DNA of 64,000 nt from NCBI GenBank assembly GCA_951406725.2, contig OX597838.1, positions 37,076,001-37,140,000 of the forward strand. The letters are read 5' to 3'. This stretch comes from Octopus vulgaris. Its lineage: Eukaryota. The position numbers and the translations under genes are program-made. Of this stretch, positions 53,106-64,000 are shown in pieces (position 1 is the stretch's first letter; each line of letters begins with the position of its first letter). The notes under the pieces were generated by a model. It was not told where the DNA came from and searched no databases. It was given only the letters and a program-made list of their open reading frames with translations.

Positions 53106-54646
53106 AAAAAAAAAAAAATACAACCCGGATATCAAAGCTTGATTGAAATACAAGTATCTTTGTAAATATTAGGTTTCAGGTACTACTGTGGGATCCTTTT
53201 AGCAAGAGTACCCTCTGGTAACCTTAGGCTCATTAATAACCTTGTGAGTGGAGCTTGGTCAAGGTGAACCTGTTCAGAGACCTTTTGTGTGTGTGTGGTT
53301 AAGATATTCATTTCCCAGCCACGTGGGTCTGGGTTCAGTCCCACTGTGTGGCACCTTGGGCAAGTGTCTTCAGCTAAAGTGCAAAGGTGAAGCTTTTTGG
53401 GGAATAGATTTACTCGATGGAAATCAAAAGAAGCCCATCGTATTTTATATATAGGTACAGGTGTGGCTGCATAATAAAAGACTTGCTTCCCAGCCACATG
53501 GTTCTGGGTTCAGTCCCACTGCATGTTACCTTGGGTAAGTATCTTCTACTATAGCCTTAGTTCAACCCAAACCTTGTGAGTGGATTTGGACAATAGAAAC
53601 TGAAAGAAGCCCCTGATCTATATCTGTGTGTGTGTGTGTTTGGGGGTGGTCTTTGCTTTTGTGTTGGTTCCCCCACCATCATTGCTTGACAACTGGTGCT
53701 GGTTTGCTTACATCCCTGCAACTTAGCAGTTCAGCAAAAGACACATACACATATGGCAGGCTTCTTTCAGTTTCCATCTATGAAATCTACTTGGTTGATC
53801 CAAGGCAATTGGAGATGACTCTTGCCCAATGTGCCACACAGTGGGACTGAACCTAGAGCCATGAGGTCGGGAAGCAATCTTCTTATTTCTTTACTGCCCA
53901 CAAGGGGCTAAACATAAAGGGGACAAACTAAGACAGACAAAGGGATTAAGTTGATTACATCAACCCCAGTGCACAACTGGTACTTATTTCATCGACCCGG
54001 AAAAGATGAAAGGCAAAATTGTGAATATCTACAGGGTAATACCATGAACAAATTAAAAGTGAAAATACCTTACAGAAAATATTGGTTTCATACTTTGGCA
54101 CTGAGCCAGCAATTAGGGGGAAGGATTCAAGTCGGTTACATTGACCCCAGAGTTCAGCAGGTACTTATTTTATCAACCCCACTAAATGGTGAAAGCAAAA
54201 GCACATGGCTTAGTGGTCAGGCTCTATAATCATGAGGTGGTGAGTTCGATTCCTGGTCCAGGCTGTGGTGTGTTGTGTTCTTGGGCAAGGCACTTTATTC
54301 CACATTGCTCCAGCTATAGAAATGAGTTGTGATGTCACTGGTGCTAAGCTGTATCAGCCTTTGCCTTTCTTTTGGATAACATTGGTGGCATGGAGAGTGG
54401 AGGCTGGTATGCATGGATGACTGCTGGTCTTCCATAAACAGCCTTGCCCAGACTTGTGCCTCAGAGGATAACTTTCTAGGTGCAATCCCATGGTCAGTCA
54501 TGACCGAAGGTGGTCTTTACCCTTTATAAATGACGAAAGATTAAGTTGATCTCTGTGAAATTTGAAATCAAAATGTAAAGACAGACAAGATACCACTAAA
54601 CACTTTGCTTCTCATGCTTCCAACTTGCTGCCTTCCTGAGAGTAAA

Positions 54647-55045
54647 TCTTTATATATAAAAGAGAGGTTGTGTGCTGTCTGTCTCCTACGATTTAGATTC
54701 CTAACTACTCCCACATTTTGCGGTGCAGTTTAACCAAAACCGGGTATCTTATAGTCGTGATTCATATCGAGCCCTTCTGGGTATTAGCGCGCGTCTACGA
54801 TGAGTCTACGATTTAAAAAAAATTTACCATCAAATTTTCCCATTTTTTAATGCATTTTTGGCATATATAAGGGAAGTAACTCTCTAAAAATTTATTATTA
54901 AATCTCAGAACGTAAAAAGCTACAGTAACACCCCCTCTTTGTGGTTAGCCATATTGAGATGGCTATTATTTGGCTATAACTCTCTAAAAATGCTTATATA
55001 GTTATTTCCCTTACAAACCCGAGCAACGCTGGGTGATACTGCTAG
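54647..55045 (+). mobile_element. Non-autonomous Helitron
   Basis: a-TCTTTATATATAAA start; cccgagcaacgctgggtgatactgCTAG-t end. Confidence 0.85.
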
Positions 55046-57067
55046 TTTCATATAATTTCTCTTGGATATTTCTCAGACATGGCTGGTTGGTAGATTTGAT
55101 TCCTCCTTCAGTCAGAGTTTAGCAGAATGGTTTGATTTCTTGTTGGTTTCCAGTGTGTATTGAATACAAAATGATGGTTTATAGAATTCTGTTTTGTTTT
55201 CTTTTGCAGGAATGTTTACTTTCCTTTAATCAATAGTTCTGTTGAGGTTTGAACTTCTTATCATGACAACACTTAGATAATAACTCTGATCTTTTGTTTT
55301 TGGTGAGAATGTAGTGTATGTTAGTGTATGCATATGTGTGTGTGTGTGTGTAGTTGTGTATACAGGCATAAAACAATAATCTACATCTCCCTACATCAAA
55401 AGGGAATAATGTAAACCATTTAGTGTATGGAAATCAATAAAATATGGAACAAAATGAAATAATTATTAGGGCTGATATATCTGTAACCAATAACCAGCAA
55501 AACACTTGCATTCCTATCTTTTTGGCTTGTAGTGTGTGAAGAAAAATAAAGAAGCATAACAACAAAACAATATTAACAAATTCGAGCTTCTCCATTGAAG
55601 ATCACTGTATCATCTTCTACCATTCTTAGAAGGGGTGGCAGAGATTTAGTTAATATGTTTCATAGACTTTGGTGCTTGAGGAAAGCAGAGATAAATTAGT
55701 GAAAAGAAGGGATTAACTGGCAATTTAGTCTAACACCATCTTAGAATTTTCCAGAGCTTTTCTTGTTTTTTTTCTCTTAAATTTTTCTGGCTTCTGGTGG
55801 TAGTCGCGGTGATGGTAATAATGGTAAAGGTATTGTTTATCATAGTGATGGTGGTGGTTGTGGCAGTGGCATTGTTGTCTGTGGTGGTGGTAATGATGGT
55901 AGTGTCGCTGGTAGAGGCAACAGAGGCAGTGGTGGTAGAGAAAGCTACTTATTTTGTCCTATATAGATCGGTGTCGTTTTTATCTTTCCATGTGATTAAC
56001 ATTCTTGTTATTGATGTTGTTGTTTTAGTATTAAACTCAATTTCTATATTTTCGCTCTTTTTATTGGCTTTTTTAAAAATTTTGTTTTGTAATCTTTGTA
56101 ATTATTTTATTTTTTGCTAGACTAGAAAACACACACACACAAAATCAGAAAACAAAATAAAAAATTAAGTGAAAAGAAACAATTACCCTGGGTTTCGATT
56201 CTTCCATTGATGTGATGTATGGCAGGGGAAGTTATTTTGCGAGGGTTTAGTGTCCCATCTGGGTGTATAACATTCATCTCATCAATTCTTTAATATTGTT
56301 TTTTTTTAATATTCACATACTTGACTTTTATATTCCTTTTTTTTTGTTTATGTATGTTTAAATAAAACATAAACATAAATAAATGAATAAACAAAAAGTT
56401 CATTGTGAGTTCAATTCTTGCAAAAGCAAAAGTAAATTGACTTACAAAGGGGTCAGTGAGGAATTATCTCTGTATTTATGCTTAATATTTTTTAATATTT
56501 TTGATCCAGTTGTTTTGTTTCTTTTTTTTGAATTATTAAATTTTCTTATATGGTTTTATATATCATCATCATCATCATCTCCATCCTCCTCCTCATCATC
56601 ATCATCTGAATTCCACACTTCCATAGGCTGGGCTGTATGACAGGAACCAACATGTGCGAGGGATTTCCTCATGTTCCAGGCTTCTGCTGTGGCATGGTTT
56701 CTATGGCTGGTTACCTGTCCTAATGCCAACTACTTTACAGAGCCCACATGGTGCTTTTTGTGCTGCTAGCACTAGTAGGGTCACCAAATCACAAAACTAA
56801 AGATCCCTAGATTCAGGAAGGGTTTTAGTTACTGTGAGAGTTTGACTTATGACAAGCAAGCCAGTATAACAGGAACAGGTACTCTTTACTCTTTTACTTG
56901 TTTCAGTCATTTGACTGCGGCCATGCTGGAGCACCGCCTTTAGTCGAACAGAAATATAAAGGTTTTGTGACCCTTTCAGCACTGTCAGAAGCTTTCCTCT
57001 TTTCCTCTCTTTTTTTTCCCTTCTTCGATATTACAATGCTTCAAGTGAACCACAACACTCTTACAAT

Positions 57068-57254
57068 CCGTGGAACAAGCTGCCAGACGAGATGGTGAAG
57101 ATGCCGACGACCGCTTTGTTCAAAGCCTCCCTTGACCTCAAGTGGCCTGAACTCTTTACATGAACACCACCCTGTACTTAACTCCATGTCCCCCTACATG
57201 GCCTTGCTATTTGCTTTTGAGCCAAATTAACTAACTAACTAACTAACTAACTAA
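57068..57254 (+). mobile_element. 5'-truncated CR1-like LINE with (AACT)n tail
   Basis: Reads PWNKLPDEMVKMPTTALFKASLDLKWPELF, the WN.LP...FK..LD motif, then a short UTR and tetranucleotide tail. Confidence 0.8.
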
Positions 57255-58041
57255 GTCTACATTTTTTGTTCCTACTTATGTTTCACCATTGTGGTTGTAG
57301 AGAATTCTGCAATGGATGTTCCAAGTACAGTTGGAACGCAGAACCGCAACAGATCGTCAGGGGAATACTCCGTTGCATTATGCTTCAGGGAACTAATGTA
57401 GTTAAGCATTCAGTTGCACTTGGACATCCAATGCAGAATTCCAAACACACACAATGTTGAAACGTACGTAGGGACAAATGATAGGAACTTGTGTTTATCA
57501 TAATTTCACATACACACATCTATATCATCATCACCATCGTTGTTTAGCATCCACTTTCCATACTGGCATGGGTTGGACGGTTTGACATGGAGCTGGTTAA
57601 CAGGGTGCTGTCCAGACATGTTGAGGCATGGTTTCTATGACTAGATGCCCTTCCTAATGCCAACCACATAACAGAGTGTGCTGGGAGCCTTTATGTGTCA
57701 CCGTTATGGGTCTGTTGATGCAGTACTGGCACAGGTATGTTAACACAGTACCAGCACAGGTGCTTTTTATGTGACACCTGAAAGGACAAGCCTATATGAG
57801 TAGAAGACAGTGATTTTACTGTCAAGTACAGCAAATTGCCACATTTCCTGGTCCCTTGTCATTTTTTCTTCAGTGAGGCCTAGTGTCTGAAGATCCTTTC
57901 TCACCACTTGGTCTCAGGTTTTCCTGGGTCTACCCCTTCCATAAGTACCTTCCGCAATTAGAATTTGGCACTTCTTTTTGCAGCTATCATTGCTAGCCAC
58001 TACACTTTCTTTATTTTCTCTCCTTGTTTCTTTCTGCGTTC

Positions 58042-58077
58042 CTTTCTGTGGAAGAGCGTAGGCTCGAAACATTAAAG
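58042..58077 (+). ncRNA. Hammerhead motif, A6U family
   Basis: CUUU CUGUGGA A GAGC-guag-GCUC GAAA CA UU AAAG; the stem III CG has decayed to CA relative to the 18999 copy. Confidence 0.55.
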
Positions 58078-58154
58078 TCTTTTTCACTTCCCAAGCATTA
58101 AACTAATACATCTGTTTGTTGTCTTCACCACCTGTCTTCGTATATATATATATA

Positions 58155-58404
58155 TATTTCTTTACTACCCACTAGGGGTTAAACACAGAGGGGACAAACA
58201 AGGACAAGGATTAAGTCGATTACATTGACCCCAGTGCGTAACTGGTACTTATTTTAATTGACCCCGAAAGGATGAAAGGCAAAGTCGACCTCGGCGGAAT
58301 TTGAACTCAGAACGTAACGTCAGACGAAATACAGCTAAGCATTTCGTCCGGTGTGCTTAGCGGTATTTCGTCTGACGTTACGTTCTGAGTTCAAATTCCG
58401 CCGA
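58155..58404 (-). mobile_element. SINE family B ending in a 51-bp inverted duplication
   Basis: 58291-58341 is mirrored by 58354-58404 with one mismatch. Confidence 0.9.
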
Positions 58405-58747
58405 TGACGGACTCTCCCGTCAGTTTCAGCATATGAGGACCCAACAACCGACACTCGTTCTGTCAATCATAATGCTTATGTTGAATGTAACATCTGAGTC
58501 CTGCCAATAATCTGCAAGGAAGCCCACAAATGTTGCAGGTATGGAGATTATGGGTCAGTGCAGGAAGTACATTTGCAGTTGCTTTTCACCTTTCCCCTGC
58601 ACCCCTAACCCCCTTAATCCTGTTAATCCTGGTTGAAACAATGCCTCATACCATTGTGACACGATGATCTCTCTTCCATTTGCTCCAAGGCTTTCTGCTC
58701 AAAGATGTGAGCTACACTGACTGCTACACTTCAGTTTGTTCTTATAT

Positions 58748-58975
58748 TTAAGCCTTTAGTGTTTAAACCGGCCATACCAGGCCAAAATTATCTTCCTGTT
58801 ATATGCTCAAACCAGCCAGCTCTGACCTCTCACACCTACCCTACAAAGTCATTCTAAAAATAAACAGGGACATCATCAAAATCTCAGAGTCACAAGATGC
58901 TGTACAATTAATTTAAAACAATGTAATTAAACAGGCTTTACATTTGATAGAGTAATCTGAATGCTAAAGGGTTAA
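58748..58975. mobile_element. piggyBac-type MITE
   Basis: TTAA-gCCTTTAG ... CTAAAGGG-TTAA termini. Confidence 0.75.
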
Positions 58976-59829
58976 GCCATGGGACAGCCAACATTCCTGA
59001 ATGTATGGACCGGCATAACTATTTGGGTACGAAGCCTGCATCAAACCATGTGGCTTTGGGATCAACCTCACTGCACAGGACCTTGGGCAAGTGTTTTCAA
59101 CTGAATCTCTGGTTTGCCCAATGCTTTGCACAACGCATTCCACCCGACGCATGAGTGCATGGAAAAATGGATGTTAAAAATTATGATGATGATGACGATG
59201 ATGATGATGTTCCTACGTTGAATTCTTCTAACGTCCAACAGGAAAAAAAGAAATAAAAGACCCTTTATGATGATAGTGCAGTGTTTTTATCCAGGGTTGG
59301 GTGTACATTGGGGTTACAGTGGCATATATTTATCTCTGATATTCTTGATGTATTTTTTTTATGTAATTCTTTGCATTATTCCAAATTCGGATTTGATATT
59401 TCCTCCATGGAGCAAGTGGTGGATGGAGGTGGTGCTTCGCTTTCTTCCTTCCTTCCTTCCTTTCTTTTCTTTCTTTCTGTCTTTCGTTCTTTCTTTCTTT
59501 TTTTTTCTCCCCCCCCCCCTTATTTCCTTCCGCAATATTTTGATTTTTCAAAAAACACAAAAAAAAAAAAAATGAAATAATAAATTATTCATAAGTTTAA
59601 TTCCTTTGGCTTCCGGTTGCAAGACAAAAACAAAAACAAAAACAAACATAAAAAAATACAATAAAACATGTTATTTTGTGATCCTAGCCAAGGTTTGAAA
59701 GATATATCTTTCCATAAGATTAATATTATTTTTGTTTTTATCACTATTGTTATTTTCTTTTATTTCATTTTACGGATTATATATATATTAATTTTGTTTT
59801 TTGAATAATAACAATAACAACAACAGCAG

Positions 59830-59860
<31 letters not shown>

Positions 59861-60183
59861 AATAATAATAATAATAATAATAAAACAATGGAATATTTAT
59901 AAATTTAATTCTTGTTGCTTCTGGAAAGAAACGAAAGTTACACTTTCTCTAAGACCTGTGTCCTCTTTCTTAGAGAGGTGTGTTTGGATGGGTGGGGTGG
60001 GTTAGTGGGTTAATGTGTTTTTTTCTTCTTTTTTTCTTCTTCTATATGCTGACTTTTTGTCATTATGGATGTTTTTGAAGTTGTTATTACTGTTCTCTGT
60101 TTCATTCGAAATTTAATTTCTATATTTTCTGCTTCTTGGTTGTTTTTGTTAATGCTGCTATATTCCCCTGGTTTGCACGTTAG

Positions 60184-60205
60184 ATATATATATATATATA
60201 TACAC

Positions 60206-60240
<35 letters not shown>

Positions 60241-60263
60241 GATATATATATATACACACACAC

Positions 60264-60298
<35 letters not shown>

Positions 60299-60334
60299 CA
60301 TATATATATATACATACATATATACATATATATA

Positions 60335-60368
<34 letters not shown>

Positions 60369-60483
60369 GATATATACATAAATATATATATTTATATAAA
60401 TATGTATATATACATATAGATAACATATATATATATATATGTATATGTATATATATGTATATATATATGTATATATGTATATA

Positions 60484-60528
<45 letters not shown>

Positions 60529-60699
60529 GTATGTATATGTATATATATGTATGTATATGTATATATATGTATGTATATGTTTATATATGTATGTATATGT
60601 ATGTATATATATATTTATATAAATATGTATATATGCATATAGATAACATATATATATATGTGTATATGTATATGTATATATATGTATATATATATGTAT

Positions 60700-60730
<31 letters not shown>

Positions 60731-61020
60731 ATGTATATATATGTATATACATGTATGTATATGTATATATATGTATGTATATGTATATATATGTATGTAT
60801 ATGTTTATATATGTATGTATATGTATGTATATGTATATTTATGTATATATATGTATGTATATGTATATATATGTGTATATATCTATATCTATCTATATAT
60901 ATACATATATATATATATATTTATATATATATACAGATATATGTATATGCAGATATATATATTAATATACATATATACACATATATTTATATGTTTATGC
61001 ATATGAATATATATATATAT
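60184..61020. repeat. ~840 bp (TA)n/TATG microsatellite field
   Basis: Direct inspection; similar fields lie at 8.5-9.3, 21.4-22.0, 38.6-40.5 and 51.8-52.4 kb. Confidence 0.95.
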
Positions 61021-61747
61021 TTGTATGCGTGCAGGAAATAAATTTTTCATATCCACCATTTCTTTAGGTATCAGCCATTAATTTAAAAAAAATTTAGTTT
61101 AGTTTTTTTCTTTTGGTGTGTCTGTGTGTCCTGCTGGTGAGTTTCATGTATGCTTAACACTGAATTCCATTATAGATTAATAGTAACAACATGTCTTTTG
61201 TTCTATGTCACATGACCACCGTTATGCATGCAAATTCCCCTTGTTGGCTGGTACCATCTATATTTTACATAATGTCGCTTAGAAGGTTACTTTGCAATCT
61301 CATGGTGATGGGTTCATTCTTACTGCACAGCACCACAGAATCTTGGGCTTGGGTCTTGCACTACAGTCCCAGGCCAGCCAAAGCCTCGTGAGCGAATTTG
61401 GTCAGCTGAGACAAGAATTTTGGTCAATGGAATCAACCGCAGTACTTATTGTTATTTTTCAAAGCCAACTACTTTTCTGTCAGTTTATTTGGACAAGCTA
61501 CAGGGTCTGCTAAATTACAGGGACACAAACACACCAACACCAGTTGTCAAGTGATGACAGGTGACAAATACGCATGCACACACATATTTATATGACAGGC
61601 TTTTTTTCAATTCTCATCTACCACTCCCAAGGCTTCAGTCAGCCTGAGGCTAAAGTAGAAGCACTTGCTCAAGGTGCCACACAGAGGGACTGAACCTGAA
61701 ACCATGTTGTTGGTAAGTAAGCCTCTTGCCACACAGCCATGCCAGTG

Positions 61748-61782
<35 letters not shown>

Positions 61783-62429
61783 AAAATTATATATAAAAAA
61801 TATGAAATGGGACAAGAACGCAAAAAACACAAAGAGAAGACACAAAGAACGGACGGGTCATTCGAAGCCTCTAATCTTCAGTCAGGAACCGGATTGTCAT
61901 AGCAAATTTGTCATAGCAAATTAATCCTGAAGATATACATATATATCTATTTAATTTGCTTTAGGAGTTAAACATGAAGTACAGCATATAAATTTTGGGT
62001 TAATAATAACCTTTGAATGGCAAAAGTGGCCTGGCTGTGTCTGTCCCCTGTCATTGCTTGACACACATGTTGGTCCATCTAAGCCTCCGTGGCATAGTAA
62101 TTTCAGCAAAAGCAAACAGATGAAACAAAATAAACAAGTGCTGGGGTTGATTTGTTTGACTAAAACCCTTCAAGGTAGTGCCCCAGCATGGCCGCAGTCC
62201 AGTGACTGAAATGAGTAAACTGGAAAAGATAAAAGATAACACAAACACAAGCTACTTTGCCAGAGATCAATGCCTTATTCATCCTTTCGTGGTGAAGTAG
62301 ATTTTATCATTTATCGCTTGTTTTAACGCTAAAAAAAAATGCAAAAGATAAGTAAACAAAGAGAAGAATTATCTGTGGTTTGATCTGACGCCATCTCTCA
62401 TTTTTTTTTTCTTTATGTTTTCTCTTCAG

Positions 62430-62492
62430 GAACGAAAGTAGTTCAACAGAACGTAGAGACAGAAGAAAGAAAAACAAGAAATTCAAAGACCG
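62430..62492 (+). CDS. Candidate internal exon (63 nt) of an unidentified gene
   Basis: ctgac branch-like motif, long T-rich tract, cttcag acceptor, purine-rich body and CG/gtatgt donor; length divisible by 3 and open in two phases (NESSSTERRDRRKKNKKFKD or TKVVQQNVETEERKTRNSKT). Confidence 0.45.
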
Positions 62493-62720
62493 GTATGTCT
62501 AGTTGTTTGTTTATTTGTACATAAGCATGGCTGTGTGCTTAAGAAGATTTTATACCAAACATATGGTTTTCAGTTCAGTTTTACTGCGTTGTTCCTTGGG
62601 CAAGTGTTTTCTGCTACAGCCCTGGTTTGATCAAAGCCTTGCAAGAGGATTTCATAAAGAGAAACTGAAAGAAGCCCAGTTGTAAAATATATATGAGACT
62701 GTGCTGAACATTTTTTGGCT

Positions 62721-63201
62721 TTAACCCTTTCGTTACCAACCCGGCTGAAACCGGCTCTGGCTCTAAGTACAAATGTCTAATTTTCATAAGTTTTGAATTA
62801 AAATCTCCCACCAAACCTTAGTCACAATTTATGTTCCTAACACTAGCTTAATGATAACCAAGTTATTTTACTAAATACTTTGTTATATTTAAAATTAATT
62901 GAAAGAAACACAGAGCATCTCAACAGAAATATGGTAACAAAAGGGTTAAAATATATAATAGAGAAACAATTCTTAACCCTTTGAATACCAACCCGGCTGA
63001 AACCGGCTCTGGCTCGAGGTACAAATGTCTTGTTTTCATAAGTTTTGAATTAAAATCTTCCACCAAACCTCAGTCACAATTTATGTTCCAAACACTAGCT
63101 GAATGATCACTAAGTTATTTTACTAAATTCTTTGTTATATTTAAGATTAATTGAAAGAAAAATAGAGTATCTCAAAATAAATACAGTAATGAAAGGGTTA
63201 A
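62721..63201. mobile_element. Two adjacent piggyBac-type MITEs in the same orientation
   Basis: 62721-62949 and 62973-63201, each TTAA-CCCTTT...AAAGGG-TTAA, with highly similar bodies and a 23-bp spacer. Confidence 0.88.
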
Positions 63202-64000
63202 GGGTATCGTGAAAAGCCTGAGTTCTTTTCCAGGGCTTAGAAAAACTGAAGGACCTCTGCTATAGGTATGTGAATCTGAGAGGGGAATATGCTGAATAAA
63301 ATCATAATTAACTGACCATCTTGTGTTTTCTTTTACCCAAAGCCAAGCACTTGTCAGAACCTCCTCGTGTGTGTGTGTGTGTGTGTGTGTGCATGGTTTA
63401 GTGGTTAGGGTGTTACACTCATGATTAAGACATCATGGTTTCAATTTCCAGACTAGGCAGAGTATTGTATTCTTGAGTAAAGCTTTTCATTTCATAATGC
63501 TCTGCAATAATTTTGCTATTTTGCCCCCCCCCACCCCACCCCACCCCCCCAAAACCCTGATTGCTCTGCAATCATTTCTGTACATATCTTTATAGGTGCA
63601 AGCATAGCTGTGTAGTTAAGGAGCTTGCTTTCTAAACACACTGGTTTTGGGTTCAGTCTCACCGTGCGGCTCTGTCGCAAATGTTTCCTTTTATAGCCCA
63701 GAGCCAATCAATGCTGTAGGAGGGAATTCGGTAGAGGAAACTATGTTGAAGCCCATGATATATATGAATTTGTGCTTGTGGTTTTCTACCATCAACCCCA
63801 TTCTGCTTGACAACCAATGTGAATTTGTTCACTTCCCTGTAATTTATCAGTGCAACAAAAAGAGAGTGATCGAGAAAGTACCTGACTTAGGAAAAATTAT
63901 GACTACTGGGCTCAAAATGTCTGACCAACACCCTTCAGGAACCTGCCCCTGTGTGGCTGCAGTCCAGTGAATGAAACGAGTGAAAGGTAAAGAGGAAAAT

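Overview
Repeat-saturated, AT-rich eukaryotic DNA. The SINE families and extreme microsatellite load suggest an Octopus genome (inference, no search run). No complete protein-coding gene is recognisable. Almost all ORFs in the track are translations of microsatellites or SINEs, and one 63-nt plus-strand exon candidate lies at 62430-62492. The window is a patchwork of tRNA-derived SINEs, an RTE-related short element with internal tandem units, truncated LINE ends (CR1/L2-like, RTE, R4/Dong-like), Helitron and piggyBac-type non-autonomous elements, decayed mariner and Tc1/maT transposases, minisatellites and long fold-backs. The main hidden signal is a set of at least eleven minimal type-I hammerhead ribozyme motifs, intact or decayed. 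They belong to several unrelated short element families, probably Penelope-like pseudo-LTRs, since one abuts a decayed Penelope-type ORF. Three Watson-Crick versions of the catalytic-core 3-8 pair (C3-G8, U3-A8, G3-C8) occur within 64 kb, alongside an A6U family and a divergent pair with a roughly 100-nt stem II. All structures were folded by eye, and activity is untested.
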